Of a stretch of 64,000 nt of DNA, positions 15,130-25,960 are shown one piece after another. The notes beneath the pieces are model-generated. The model saw only the letters and a list, made by a program, of their open reading frames with translations. It made no database searches and was not told where the DNA came from. The stretch comes from Candidatus Omnitrophota bacterium (GTDB lineage: Bacteria > Omnitrophota > Gorgyraeia > Gygaellales > Profunditerraquicolaceae), in assembly GCA_025453395.1 (NCBI GenBank), contig JALOQK010000001.1, positions 10,244 to 74,243 on the forward strand, read 5' to 3'. Numbering within the stretch: the stretch's first letter is position 1; each line of letters begins with the position of its first letter. The translations under genes and the position numbers were made by a program.

Positions 15130-18100
15130 TTACAGGCTGTGATATTCCTGTAAAGCCTTTGGGGCAAGGCACCCCCTTAGCGCTTCTTCAATTGCTTCAA
15201 TACTTGCCCGCGCTGCGGCCATGGTAGTAATATAAGGAATTTTAAGTTGAATAGCCATAATCCTTATATAACTATCGTCAAATTTGCTGTCTCTTCCGGC
15301 GGGAGTATTAATGACTGCCTGTATCTGGCTGTTTTTTATGGCGTCGGTAATATTGGGCCTGCCCTCATGAAGTTTTTTAATAAGCGTGTTTTCAATCCCA
15401 TTCTTTTCCAAGAACGCGCTTGTACTTGTGGTGGAAAGAATATTAAACCCGGATTTCTTCAAACGCTTAGCAATATCCAGCAGCTCTGGTTTATCTTTAT
15501 CATTTACCGTCAAAAGTATACTTCCTTTAAGGGGCAGTTTAAATCCGGCGGCTTCCTGCGCTTTGTAAAACGCGGCGCCAAAAGTATCAGCCATGCCCAT
15601 GACTTCTCCGGTTGCTTTCATTTCCGGGCCCAATACAGGATCAACCTCCGGAAACATGTTAAATGGAAACACTGCTTCTTTTACTCCAGTCCAGGTGATC
15701 TTGCGCTTCTTTAGCAATTCCGGAAAATCTTTGAGTTTCTTTCCCAGCATAAGATCTGTGGCAATGCGCGCGATGCGATACCCGGTAACTTTTGCTACCA
15801 AAGGCACTGTGCGCGAAGCGCGCGGGTTTGCCTCTAAAATATAAACTTTATCATTGCAGATTGCGTATTGAATATTCATCAAACCCACCACTCCCAAAGT
15901 CAAAGCTATTTTATCGGTGTAATCGCGGATGATCTTTAAATGCTCTTCTTTGATCGTGCGCGGAGGAATAGCGCAGGCAGAATCTCCCGAATGAACGCCG
16001 GCGTATTCAATATGCTCCATTACTGCCGCAACAAAAGTCTCTTTCCCGTCGCAAAGAGCGTCCACTTCTGTTTCAAGCGCGTTATCTAGAAAACGATCTA
16101 TTAACATGGGATATTCGGGTCTGACTTGTATTGCTTCAGTAGCGTATTTAGTAAGCATTTGCTGGTCGTAAATTATCTGCATACCACGGCCACCCAAGAC
16201 AAACGACGGCCTGACCATCAAAGGATAACCAATGCGCCCGGCAATGGCAACTGCCTCATCTAAGGAACGCGCAGTGCCGCTTTCCGGTTGCGGAATATCA
16301 AGCTCAATCATTTTCTGACGGAAAAGCTCTCTGTCCTCGGCAAAAGCAATACTTTCCGGAGTGGTGCCTAAGATCTTTACGCCGGATTCTTTTAATTCCT
16401 GCGCAATATTAAGCGGAGTCTGTCCCCCGAATTGCACAATCACCCCTTCTGGCTTTTCTTTTTCATAAATTGCCAAAACATCTTCCACAGTCAAAGGCTC
16501 AAAATAAAGTTTATTAGAAGTGTCATAATCCGTAGAAACTGTTTCCGGGTTGCAATTGATCATTATAGATTCATACCCAGCGTCGCGAAGGGCAAACGCC
16601 GCGTGCACACAGGTGTAATCAAATTCAATGCCCTGTCCAATGCGGTTTGGCCCACCGCCTAAGATCATGATCTTTTTATTTTTGGATACCTCTACTTCGT
16701 CTTTTCCGGGGCTGTAAGTAGAATAATAATAGGCAGCATCTTCAACACCACTTACCGGGACTTTTTCATAGCGCACGTGTTTGCCTAATTTCAGACGACG
16801 CTGGCGCACAATTTTTTCTTTGATATTATAAAGCTTGGCGATGTAGCGGTCAGAAAAACCCCATTCTTTGGCTTTTATCAAATCGCTATCGGGTAACTTC
16901 TCCCATGCAGAAGAAAGAAGTTTTTCTTCAAATTCCACAAGCTCTTTCATCTCTTTGATAAACCATTCTCCGATGTGAGTCATGGAATATAATTCCTCAA
17001 CGCTTATGCCTTTTCGTAAGGCCTCATACATAAGAAAAACACGCTGGCTTGAAGGCATAGCAAGGCGCGACTTTAATTCAGTAAGCGAAAGGTCCTTAAA
17101 ATTATTGGCGCCTCCTAAGCCATATCTACCAATTTCTAAAGAGCGGATAGATTTCTGAAATGCCTCTTTAAAAGTCTTCCCGATACTCATTACCTCGCCC
17201 ACGGCCTTCATCTGGGTGCCTAAAACATCTTTGGCCTTAGGGAACTTCTCAAAAGCCCAACGCGAGAATTTTATGACCACATAATCTCCGCTTGGAGTGT
17301 ATTTTTCTAGTGTCCCGTCGCGCCAATAAGGGATCTCGTCCAGATTAAATCCCGCGGCTAGCCTCGTAGAAACCATAGCAATAGGAAATCCGGTTGCCTT
17401 AGAGGCCAAAGCTGACGAACGCGAAGTGCGCGGATTAATCTCAATGACCACTAGGCGCCCGTCTTTTTTATTATGCGCGAATTGTATGTTTGTCCCACCC
17501 ACAACTCCGATAGCATCAACGATCTTGTAAGAGAGTTCCTGCATCTTTTTCTGCAATGCTTGCGGCACGGTCAACATAGGAGCTACACAGAAACTATCCC
17601 CTGTATGTACCCCCATAGCGTCAATATTTTCAATAAAACAAACCGTTATTTTTTGATTTTTCTGGTCGCGCACCACTTCAAGCTCAAGCTCTTCCCAGCC
17701 GATCACTGCTTCTTCAATTAATACCTGATGCACTAAACTTAAGTTCAAGCCGCGCTGGGCAACAACCTGAAGCTCCTCCACATTATAAACGATCCCGCTT
17801 CCTGTGCCGCCCATAGTGTATGCCGGGCGCACTACAACCGGATAGGAAAGTTTCTCGGCGATTTTCTGCGCCTCTTCCACGCTTAAGGCAATCTCTGAGC
17901 GAGGAACAGGAATCCCCAAATTTTTCATAGTCTCTTTAAAAACTTCCCTGTCCTCGCCGCGCTCAATGGCATCGGCTTTAACCCCGATAACTTCTACACC
18001 GTATTTCTTTAATACTCCGGATTTAGAAAGGCTTGAGGCAAGGTTCAATCCAGTCTGACCGCCTAGATTTGGCAATAAGGCGTCGGGTTTTTCTTTGGCG

Positions 18101-18333
18101 ATGATTTTCTCTAGACATTCCGGGGTCAAAGGCTCAATATAAGTCTTATCCGCCATTTCCGGATCAGTCATGATGGTGGCCGGATTAGAGTTAACTAAAA
18201 CTATTTCGTAACCGGCTTTTTTCAAGGCCTTGCAGGCTTGGGTGCCGGAATAATCAAATTCGCACGCCTGTCCGATAATTATTGGCCCAGAACCAATGAT
18301 CAATACTTTCTTGATGTCCGAACGCCGCGGCAT
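15130..18333 (-). CDS. carB: carbamoyl-phosphate synthase large subunit
   Basis: 1067 aa with duplicated ATP-grasp halves; start MPRRSDIKKVLIIGSGPI; GGAGGG Shine-Dalgarno 6 nt upstream of the ATG at 18333. Confidence 0.9.
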   Translation of the reverse strand: MPRRSDIKKVLIIGSGPIIIGQACEFDYSGTQACKALKKAGYEIVLVNSNPATIMTDPEMADKTYIEPLTPECLEKIIAKEKPDALLPNLGGQTGLNLASSLSKSGVLKKYGVEVIGVKADAIERGEDREVFKETMKNLGIPVPRSEIALSVEEAQKIAEKLSYPVVVRPAYTMGGTGSGIVYNVEELQVVAQRGLNLSLVHQVLIEEAVIGWEELELEVVRDQKNQKITVCFIENIDAMGVHTGDSFCVAPMLTVPQALQKKMQELSYKIVDAIGVVGGTNIQFAHNKKDGRLVVIEINPRTSRSSALASKATGFPIAMVSTRLAAGFNLDEIPYWRDGTLEKYTPSGDYVVIKFSRWAFEKFPKAKDVLGTQMKAVGEVMSIGKTFKEAFQKSIRSLEIGRYGLGGANNFKDLSLTELKSRLAMPSSQRVFLMYEALRKGISVEELYSMTHIGEWFIKEMKELVEFEEKLLSSAWEKLPDSDLIKAKEWGFSDRYIAKLYNIKEKIVRQRRLKLGKHVRYEKVPVSGVEDAAYYYSTYSPGKDEVEVSKNKKIMILGGGPNRIGQGIEFDYTCVHAAFALRDAGYESIMINCNPETVSTDYDTSNKLYFEPLTVEDVLAIYEKEKPEGVIVQFGGQTPLNIAQELKESGVKILGTTPESIAFAEDRELFRQKMIELDIPQPESGTARSLDEAVAIAGRIGYPLMVRPSFVLGGRGMQIIYDQQMLTKYATEAIQVRPEYPMLIDRFLDNALETEVDALCDGKETFVAAVMEHIEYAGVHSGDSACAIPPRTIKEEHLKIIRDYTDKIALTLGVVGLMNIQYAICNDKVYILEANPRASRTVPLVAKVTGYRIARIATDLMLGKKLKDFPELLKKRKITWTGVKEAVFPFNMFPEVDPVLGPEMKATGEVMGMADTFGAAFYKAQEAAGFKLPLKGSILLTVNDKDKPELLDIAKRLKKSGFNILSTTSTSAFLEKNGIENTLIKKLHEGRPNITDAIKNSQIQAVINTPAGRDSKFDDSYIRIMAIQLKIPYITTMAAARASIEAIEEALRGCLAPKALQEYHSL

Positions 18334-18431
18334 AAAATTCCCTCCTTGCCTAGAAAAGGCACACCGGCGCAATTCAAATAAGCGCCGGGTGTTGCCTAAT
18401 AATTACACACCTGGCCGACCGGGGTGCATAT

Positions 18432-18746
18432 CTACATCCCTATTTCTTTAAACATTATTTTATAATAAGACTCTATTGATTTGAACGCCTGAACCGACAA
18501 AACCCATAGAATATAAGATATAACTGCGACAATAACAGTGACGATGATTTTATTTCTTTGGCTTATCCTGGGATTTAGCCACAATAGCGGCAAGGCAAGA
18601 GGGCCCACGCATAAAAAAGCGGTAACCAATATTGAAGTCTTAAGATACCAAGGCACCTGCGGCTTTTCCTCCAGCATACTGCCGCAATGCTTGCATTTTA
18701 TAGCTTCATCTTGAATTTCTTCCGCGCAAAACGGGCATTTTTTCAT
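18432..18746 (-). CDS. zinc-ribbon membrane protein
   Basis: CPFC...CKHCG ribbon followed by two TM helices. Confidence 0.5.
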   Translation of the reverse strand: MKKCPFCAEEIQDEAIKCKHCGSMLEEKPQVPWYLKTSILVTAFLCVGPLALPLLWLNPRISQRNKIIVTVIVAVISYILWVLSVQAFKSIESYYKIMFKEIGM

Positions 18747-18808
18747 GGCTACTCCACCCCTGTGGAGTCTTAAAGACTATACATAAAACCCCTGCTAATG
18801 TCAAGCGC

Positions 18809-19192
18809 TTACTCGTTGCTATCTCGGACCTTGGCGCGCAGGGATTTCTTCTGTGAATGCCTGCGTTTTGCCTCTAAAACCTTTAGTTTCGCCTGGCGCG
18901 ATCTCTTACGCTTTTGCCTGCGGATTTTCTCAATGCGTTTTTTCTCTTCGGAAAGCTCGCCCAAAACTTGGGATTCAATTTTCTTTAACAAAATCCTGCG
19001 GGCGAGAAAGCGATTTTGAGCTTGCGAGCGTTCTTGCTGGCATTTAACTTCAATACCAGTTGGGATATGACGCAAGAAAACACAAGTAGCGACTTTATTC
19101 ACATTCTGACCGCCGGGGCCTTGAGCGCGGATAAATTTCTCTTCCAAGTCACTCTCCCGCACCCCCAACCGCGCCATCATTTCTTTTATCAT
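18809..19192 (-). CDS. arfB: alternative ribosome-rescue factor / peptidyl-tRNA hydrolase (ArfB/YaeJ family)
   Basis: 127 aa; GGQ motif ([10 protein letters not shown]) plus a highly basic C-terminal tail. Confidence 0.75.
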   Translation of the reverse strand: MIKEMMARLGVRESDLEEKFIRAQGPGGQNVNKVATCVFLRHIPTGIEVKCQQERSQAQNRFLARRILLKKIESQVLGELSEEKKRIEKIRRQKRKRSRQAKLKVLEAKRRHSQKKSLRAKVRDSNE

Positions 19193-19379
19193 ATTGTAGA
19201 CGCTTTAGCTAACCTCATGCAACACAAATAATTACAAAACAATTCCGGGTGACGATTTATTAACACCTTAAGCTTATATCTAATTTATTATACCTTTGCC
19301 TATCTCACCTTGGCACAAGCGATGTTCTCCTTACACATTATATCCCCCTCATATTGTTTTAACAACTATTTATGCCGGC

Positions 19380-20474
19380 TTAATAGAGCCTGCCTGCGAG
19401 CATAAAATATATGCCGAAGGCACAGAGCATAACTGCGCAGAAAACATAAAAAACATAAAGCAGTAACCGAAAACGACAAGCGCAGGCAATGGCAATGAAA
19501 CAGGGAAAAATCACACTTAAGAACCTGCCCATAGATTGCAAACTGGTTAAAACAGGCGTGATGATCAGACAAAAAGCAAACAACGCATACCCGGCCTTTA
19601 AATAGCGCAGGACATTCCTCAGTGAAAAAATAAAAAAAAGCGTTAAGATAACGTAGAAAAGATAAAGAATGGCCTTGTCATCGGCCAGAAAATTACTAAA
19701 GGCATAATTCAAGCGGCTGAAGTTAAACAGGCCCCTTTCCCAGGCTAGTTCAGTAGAACGCAGCATAAATAAAGGATTTGTCCCGAACCTCATCCAAAGA
19801 TAACCCATATAAAATAAAAACCCCAGCGGAATAATCAAAAGGCAGTAAAAATTTGCCCTTATCCTTCTGCGGTCAAACTCAATCTTTTCCAGATAACGCA
19901 GGATCAAAGCCGGCAACAGGAAAAGCCCGACAGCCCTGCTGGCAGAGCAAAACATCGCGGATAAAGCCGCCTTACCCCAGTTGTCTCTTTCCGCATAATA
20001 AAAACTTAATACTGCCAAAAGCAGGAATAATGATTCAGCGTAAGCGGTAGAATAAAAAAATGAAAAAGGGAAAAGCGCCAACAGCAAGGTAGAATCCCAG
20101 GCCGCGCGTTCACCAAATTGCTGCTGCACAAGTTTATATAGAAAAACCAGCGCCAGTAAAAAACAGGCATTTGAGATTATAACTGCGGTAAGCGCAAGGT
20201 TATGAAAAAAGAGATTAAAAAAGAAAACCAGCATGGGGTATAGCGGGAAGAAAACAATATTCGAGCGGCCCGAGGGAACATAGGAGTAGCCGTTTTCTAC
20301 GATAGAGAAATACCACCCGCTATCAGCCCGCGCCCAATGTCGCAGCCATGCATCCAGGCTCAAGGGCGCTCCTAAATTATGCATACTGCAGGCAAATGCG
20401 GCATAAACTGCCGATAGCAAAAGTATCCGGCTGATAAGAAAAATAAATAAAGGTGCGGCCTGTTTTCTATTCAT
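19380..20474 (-). CDS. polytopic membrane protein, GT-C-type (PIG-V/DUF2029-like) glycosyltransferase candidate
   Basis: 364 aa, ~10 TM; motifs DSGWYFSIVENGY and FFPLYP resemble mannosyltransferase-type GT-C families. Confidence 0.4.
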   Translation of the reverse strand: MNRKQAAPLFIFLISRILLLSAVYAAFACSMHNLGAPLSLDAWLRHWARADSGWYFSIVENGYSYVPSGRSNIVFFPLYPMLVFFFNLFFHNLALTAVIISNACFLLALVFLYKLVQQQFGERAAWDSTLLLALFPFSFFYSTAYAESLFLLLAVLSFYYAERDNWGKAALSAMFCSASRAVGLFLLPALILRYLEKIEFDRRRIRANFYCLLIIPLGFLFYMGYLWMRFGTNPLFMLRSTELAWERGLFNFSRLNYAFSNFLADDKAILYLFYVILTLFFIFSLRNVLRYLKAGYALFAFCLIITPVLTSLQSMGRFLSVIFPCFIAIACACRFRLLLYVFYVFCAVMLCAFGIYFMLAGRLY

Positions 20475-20492
20475 CGCTCCTACAGCCCCCTA

Positions 20493-22019
20493 TCACCAAT
20501 CAATGGGAAAATAATCTTTTAAAAACTTTCCGCACCAATGTTCACCACTTAAGATTCCGTGAAAAAATGGATCGCACGCCCTTGCCGCTCCGTCCACAAT
20601 ATCTAACGGCGGCTGGAAATCATGTTTTTCTTTTTTGTAAGCAGCCAATGCTGCCGGGTCCTCATCAGTCACCCATCCTGTATCCACCGCATTCATAAAA
20701 ATTCCATATTTTGCCAAATCACCGGAAGAAGTGTGCGTCAACATATTTAAGGCGGCCTTGGCCATATTCGTATGCGGGTGGCGCGAATCTTTTTCAAAGC
20801 GGAAAAATTTCCCCTCCATCGCCGAAACATTCACAATATGTTTGCATCCGGTATTATCGCGTTTCATCATATTGGATAATTTATTACACAAAACAAATGG
20901 CGCGATAGAATTAACTAACTGCAGCTCCAGCATCTCGGCGGTAGGAACTTCGCCCAAACGCAAACGCCAGCTATTAACCTTACGCAAATCCACCTGCTGT
21001 AAATCCGCATCAAGCTTCCCAACAGGGAAAACTTCTTCCACCGCCAAACCCTGATCATAGGAATAAGGTATTTGCGAAAGTTTCGCCGAGGCGCGCAATC
21101 CCACACCGGTTATTTTCCCGTCCCAAGCTACAGGAAGGTTGGATTCTTTTGGCGCATCAAGCCTGCTTTTGCATTCTTCAAAATGCGCCAAAGGCATTCG
21201 CGTTCTTTCAGGTAAATCTTGAAAATTTAAATTCTCATTTTGCATAAGATGCGCGTAAAATCCCGGCGGCCGGCGCACAGTCTGGGCGGCGTTATTGATT
21301 AAAATATCAAGCCGGTCATATTTTTGTTGAATATAAGAGCAAAAAAGCTCAACACTTGGGATGTGGCGCAAGTCTAATCCATAAATATGCAAACGATCTG
21401 CCCACTTAGCGTAATCCTCTTCTTTGGAAAATCTTAAAGCCGAATCAATGGGAAATCTAGTTGTGGCAACAACCTTAGCCCCTGCGCGAAGCATCATCAA
21501 TGTTGCCTGATAACCGATCTTTAAGCGCGAACCAGTGATTAAAGCAGTCTTCCCCTCAAGAGGCGCGGTCTGAAACCTTTTTTGATAATTAAATTCCGCG
21601 CAAGATGGGCACATAGAATCATAGAAAAAATGCAGTTTTTTATATTCGGCTTTGCAGATATAACAATTCCGGGGAGATTTTAATTCGCTAAAGTGTTTCG
21701 GATCAATATTTTCTTGAGTAATTATTTTTGGCGCGCTAAAAACAGCTTCTTCTCTGGCCTTGCGGATGCCGGTATTTGCCCGGGCAAAGCGTTCCAACTT
21801 CAGCACCCTTTGAGTCTTGGCTTGCTTAATATCCTTATTGCGCTTCTTAATCTCATTTCTGTCTGGATAAGCTAAACGACCAGCGGCTTTCATCAAAGCA
21901 ACACGTTGCTGCTGGGAAAGAAGCATCAATTGCGAGCTGTCTTGGGCTAGAGCCTGAACGAATGCTATGTTCGCTGATATTTCTTCTTGAGTAAGATTAT
22001 TTTTCTTACGCATTAACAT
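20493..22019 (-). CDS. extended SDR-family oxidoreductase with N-terminal coiled/Zn-ribbon extension
   Basis: 508 aa; Rossmann [15 protein letters not shown]; NNAAQ. The region where YxxxK is expected reads [11 protein letters not shown]. The N-terminal 150 aa include CYIC...CPSC. Confidence 0.55.
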   Translation of the reverse strand: MLMRKKNNLTQEEISANIAFVQALAQDSSQLMLLSQQQRVALMKAAGRLAYPDRNEIKKRNKDIKQAKTQRVLKLERFARANTGIRKAREEAVFSAPKIITQENIDPKHFSELKSPRNCYICKAEYKKLHFFYDSMCPSCAEFNYQKRFQTAPLEGKTALITGSRLKIGYQATLMMLRAGAKVVATTRFPIDSALRFSKEEDYAKWADRLHIYGLDLRHIPSVELFCSYIQQKYDRLDILINNAAQTVRRPPGFYAHLMQNENLNFQDLPERTRMPLAHFEECKSRLDAPKESNLPVAWDGKITGVGLRASAKLSQIPYSYDQGLAVEEVFPVGKLDADLQQVDLRKVNSWRLRLGEVPTAEMLELQLVNSIAPFVLCNKLSNMMKRDNTGCKHIVNVSAMEGKFFRFEKDSRHPHTNMAKAALNMLTHTSSGDLAKYGIFMNAVDTGWVTDEDPAALAAYKKEKHDFQPPLDIVDGAARACDPFFHGILSGEHWCGKFLKDYFPIDW

Positions 22020-22021
22020 TC

Positions 22022-22516
22022 TTAACGATAATTTCCAAAAGCTAACGGCAGGGAAAAATCAAGAGTCCTTAAGTGCGCGATAACTTGCTGTAAATCATCT
22101 TTTTTAGCTGAGGATACCTTTATTTTCTCGCCTTCAATTTGGGTTTGCACTTTTAGGCCCAAATTCTTAATGATCGTATTTAACTCTTTTGCTCTCTCCT
22201 TATCAATACCCATATTGATTTCTACTTTCTGACGTAAATAACCCTCGAAAGCTTTTTCCGGGTCATTAAATTTCAGAGACTTTAATGATATCCCGCGCTT
22301 GGCCATACGAGTAACCAGCATATCGGTAAGCGCCCGAAGTTTAAAATCATTATCCGCAACTAAAGTAACCAGTTTTTCCTTACGGTCAAAGACAATCGAG
22401 GCCTTACTGTCCTTAAAATCATACCTCTGGGCAAGCTCTTTGGTTGCCTGATTCACCGCGTTATCCATTTCCTGCAAGTCAACTTCCGAAACAATATCAA
22501 AAGAAAAATTCGCCAT
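22022..22516 (-). CDS. yajQ: YajQ-family nucleotide-binding protein (UPF0234)
   Basis: 164 aa; characteristic start [16 protein letters not shown] and YajQ length. Confidence 0.75.
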   Translation of the reverse strand: MANFSFDIVSEVDLQEMDNAVNQATKELAQRYDFKDSKASIVFDRKEKLVTLVADNDFKLRALTDMLVTRMAKRGISLKSLKFNDPEKAFEGYLRQKVEINMGIDKERAKELNTIIKNLGLKVQTQIEGEKIKVSSAKKDDLQQVIAHLRTLDFSLPLAFGNYR

Positions 22517-22661
22517 GTTTAGTTTTCCTCTCTAATCATACCCGGATTTTATTTGTAAATCATTATCCCACATCGGTTTAGCTAAAGCGTCTACTGAACT
22601 AGAAAAGGCGGTTCTCATTCTTCCGTTATCAGGAATCACAGAGCCGCCTGTCTTGCTCAAC

Positions 22662-23639
22662 CTATAGATAAGTTTTTTTGTCCAGATAAGAAGTATAATC
22701 TTTTATTGCTTCTTCAAGTGAAGTGAATTTATGTTTACACCCGCAGGCGCTTAATTTATCCATCTTGGCTTGAGTATAATATTGATACTGCCCCTTTATT
22801 TCAGGCGGCATTTCAATATATTCTATTTTTGGGGATTTTCCTAAAGACGAGAACATGGAAAGCGCCACATCGTTCCAACTGCGCGCTTTTCCGGTACCTA
22901 AGTTATAAATTCCTGTCTTATCTAGATTCTTATAAAAATAATACATGACTTCAACAGCGTCTTTGACGTAAATAAAATCCCTTTTCTGCTCACCGTCTTT
23001 ATAACCTTCGCAATAAGATTTAAAAAGCCGCATTGACTTGCCCTCTTTTAATTCATCAAAACGCTTGCAGATAACACTCATCATCTCTTTTTTATGGTAT
23101 TCATTTGGGCCAAAGACATTGAAAAACTTTAATCCCACAGCTTTCTTAAGTAGATCATTCCGCAACAGCCACAGATCAAAGAGGTGTTTGGTGTAACCGT
23201 AAATATTAAGCGGCTGTAAACCTGACAAAGATTTTTCGGCATCATCATAGCCTAAACAGCCGTCTCCGTAAGTCGCTGCTGATGAAGCATAAATAAACTT
23301 GGCCTTATGAGAGAACGCCCACAAAGCAAGCCGCTTGGAATATTCGTAGTTGTTTTTTAAAAAATAAGAGGCGTCATTAAGGATAGTTGAACTGCAGGCG
23401 CCCATGTGAACAACTGTTTTTATTTCAGGCAGTTTCCCAGACTCTAAAATATCCAGAAAATCATTCTTCTGGATATAATCAATAAACTTCTTTCCGGAAA
23501 GATTCTTCCACTTATCGCCTGAATCAAGGTTATCCACAACGATAATATCGCTTACTCCCTGCTGGTTAAGCTTCCACAAGAAGCAACTTCCGATGAATCC
23601 TGCCCCGCCGGTTAAAATAGTGATTTCTCTCTTAGCCAT
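22662..23639 (-). CDS. hldD: ADP-L-glycero-D-manno-heptose 6-epimerase
   Basis: 325 aa; TGGAGFIGS NAD-binding motif; extended-SDR epimerase pattern. Confidence 0.75.
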   Translation of the reverse strand: MAKREITILTGGAGFIGSCFLWKLNQQGVSDIIVVDNLDSGDKWKNLSGKKFIDYIQKNDFLDILESGKLPEIKTVVHMGACSSTILNDASYFLKNNYEYSKRLALWAFSHKAKFIYASSAATYGDGCLGYDDAEKSLSGLQPLNIYGYTKHLFDLWLLRNDLLKKAVGLKFFNVFGPNEYHKKEMMSVICKRFDELKEGKSMRLFKSYCEGYKDGEQKRDFIYVKDAVEVMYYFYKNLDKTGIYNLGTGKARSWNDVALSMFSSLGKSPKIEYIEMPPEIKGQYQYYTQAKMDKLSACGCKHKFTSLEEAIKDYTSYLDKKTYL

Positions 23640-23703
23640 AATTGAATATTATACTATAAGTTACACAAGAAATAAAGGGGGCAATTCCATTAAAGCGCCC
23701 CTT

Positions 23704-24702
23704 TTACCATCTCCACCCCGCGCCAATAAGCACAGCCTTTTCTTTCTTTTCCGCAAGAAGGCGCAAATAAATCTGCCCGTTTCCTTTAAAAATATCACGC
23801 GACAGTTCTAACTCAGCGCATATTTTCTTATTCAAGCTGTTCCTAAGCTTAAATGATACTGTGCCTTTATCTCTAAGCTTGGCCTCTGCGCCAAAAACAA
23901 TTTCCTGTATTTTCCTTTCGCCGCAGCGCACTTCAAAAACCAAACCTATGTCTTCCTTTATCTTCCATTGGCCAAACAGAGTAACTACGCGCTTGAGCGG
24001 ATTATTCTTGCGCGATAGTACGATACCCAATTCATATTTAATAAATCCGTCTTTAAACAAGCCTGCGCTTATACGAAAATCAAATGCCGAGCCTGAATCC
24101 GCGTCTAAAACATAAGATAATCTCGCCTTATCTTTGATGTCCCAATACCCTTTAAAAATAAGAGTATGGATATCTTTGTTTCTGCGAACCAGATTCTTTC
24201 TTTGATAAGAATAGATGATCTGGTATTTTTCATTTATTTCCCATGCTCCTTGAAAAACCAGAATATCAGATTCGCCTTGCCCCTTATCTACTTCAAAAGT
24301 AAGCCGGTTGCGCTTATCCACCTGCCAGCAGCCGGAAAGCTCTAAGGTATAAAGCGAAGTCATGCCGTTTTTTGTATGAGTGGTAACCGCAAAAAGAAGC
24401 GAATTACTTTTGACATCCAGTATTTCACCCTGCAAGGTCAACTGCTGGCCAAAAGTTTCCCTTTTTGACTGGTCCAAGGTAAGGCGCAGCTTGTGATCTT
24501 CTGTTAAAGACCAGATACCTTTTAATTTCAGTTGATGCGGGGATTTTACTCCTTTAGGAACAGGATATTTTACATGGTAAGATAAAATATTTTGGCTGGA
24601 TATCTTGAATTGCCCGTCTAAAACCTTTCTTGATCCGCGCAAGGCGCTGTTCTTAACCGTTATCCTATTATACGGGTCAAGCTCATATCTTATTTTTTCC
24701 AT
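23704..24702 (-). CDS. hypothetical beta-rich protein built from ~6 periodic G-x-W-x-[IV] repeats
   Basis: 332 aa, no signal peptide. Repeats LKGIWSLTEDHKLRLTL, LSGCWQVDKRNRLTFEV, FQGAWEINEKYQIIYSY, FKGYWDIKDKARLSYVL, LFGQWKIKEDIGLVFEV at ~45-aa spacing. Confidence 0.4.
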   Translation of the reverse strand: MEKIRYELDPYNRITVKNSALRGSRKVLDGQFKISSQNILSYHVKYPVPKGVKSPHQLKLKGIWSLTEDHKLRLTLDQSKRETFGQQLTLQGEILDVKSNSLLFAVTTHTKNGMTSLYTLELSGCWQVDKRNRLTFEVDKGQGESDILVFQGAWEINEKYQIIYSYQRKNLVRRNKDIHTLIFKGYWDIKDKARLSYVLDADSGSAFDFRISAGLFKDGFIKYELGIVLSRKNNPLKRVVTLFGQWKIKEDIGLVFEVRCGERKIQEIVFGAEAKLRDKGTVSFKLRNSLNKKICAELELSRDIFKGNGQIYLRLLAEKKEKAVLIGAGWRW

Positions 24703-24703
24703 A

Positions 24704-25960
24704 TTACTTATTAGCTGTTATCTTCCCTGCGAGTTGGCTCTGGTAAGCGTCCAGGGCCGCAGGGAACGGCGAGAGCGTGCGCTTGATCACTCCCTGCACA
24801 ACCGATACTGCCATGCCGTAATTAGTGATAGCCACGCCTGCCTCTTTGGCCTTCTGGATACGAAAAAGCATTTCCCTGCGAGTCAGCATGCAACCTCCGC
24901 AGTGAATGACTAATTTATACTCGCTTAAATTCTCCGGATAATCTTTTCCGGAAGAAACATCAATCTGGATATCCCCTCCTATATATTGGCGCAGCCACCT
25001 GGGGATCTTGACCCTGCCGATATCGTCCTCAATGGCGTGATGACTGCAGGCCTCGGAAATCAAAACCTTATCTTGGGGTTTAAGCTTTTCAATGACTGCC
25101 GCGCCGCGGGCAGCCTCAATCAAATCTCCTTTGTAACGGGAAAAGAGAATGGAAAAAGTCGTGCATTTAACATTAACCGGCGTATCGGCAACCATCTTCA
25201 ACACCACTTGGGAATCACAGACCACAATATCTGGAGGATTTTTTAATTTATCAAGCACTGCGGCGTATTCCCTTTCCTTAACTACCACAACCCCTGAATC
25301 ATTATCCAAGGCATCGCGGATTGCCTGCACCTGCGGCAAGATAAGCCTGCCCTTAGGCGCCTGTAAATCTATCGGAACGATCAAAACCGCCAATCCTGCG
25401 GCAGGAAGAAGGTCTCCAATTAAAGGCGGCGGATTCAGAAATTCATCCGGGCAGACATTAAGGATATGCTCTTTCAAGGCGTTCAGGTATTTATCGCGAT
25501 TGGCAAGGTCCAGGCTGGAACAGGAAATAACCCGCGGCACTTTTATCCCGGAAAGAAATTCCTCATCAGGCGCTTTCAGATCAGTTTTATTCACAACCGC
25601 GATAAGCGGAATTTTTCTTTTTTGGGCCTCTTCAACAACCTGATTCTCATAAGCGTCCCAGTTTCCCGCTTCTGTTAAAAGCACAATCACATCCGAACGG
25701 TCAAAGACCTTGCGGGTTTTCTTAAGCCTTGCCTCGCCCAGAAGCGAGCTGTCATCAAGCCCGGCAGTATCCAGAAACACAACTGGCCCCACCGGCAATA
25801 ATTCCATTGTTTTTTCCACCACATCGGTAGTAGTTCCGGCGATAGAAGATGTGATAGCAATATCCTGCCCGGCAACCAGGTTCAGGAAACTTGATTTGCC
25901 GACATTAGTCCTGCCGAAGATACCAATATGCAAACGCAGTGATTTAGGAGTTTTTTTCAT
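24704..25960 (-). CDS. hydF: [FeFe]-hydrogenase H-cluster maturation GTPase
   Basis: 418 aa; N-terminal GTPase (GRTNVGKSS, DTAG); operonic with the hydG-like gene and the TM1266-like gene. Confidence 0.7.
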   Translation of the reverse strand: MKKTPKSLRLHIGIFGRTNVGKSSFLNLVAGQDIAITSSIAGTTTDVVEKTMELLPVGPVVFLDTAGLDDSSLLGEARLKKTRKVFDRSDVIVLLTEAGNWDAYENQVVEEAQKRKIPLIAVVNKTDLKAPDEEFLSGIKVPRVISCSSLDLANRDKYLNALKEHILNVCPDEFLNPPPLIGDLLPAAGLAVLIVPIDLQAPKGRLILPQVQAIRDALDNDSGVVVVKEREYAAVLDKLKNPPDIVVCDSQVVLKMVADTPVNVKCTTFSILFSRYKGDLIEAARGAAVIEKLKPQDKVLISEACSHHAIEDDIGRVKIPRWLRQYIGGDIQIDVSSGKDYPENLSEYKLVIHCGGCMLTRREMLFRIQKAKEAGVAITNYGMAVSVVQGVIKRTLSPFPAALDAYQSQLAGKITANK

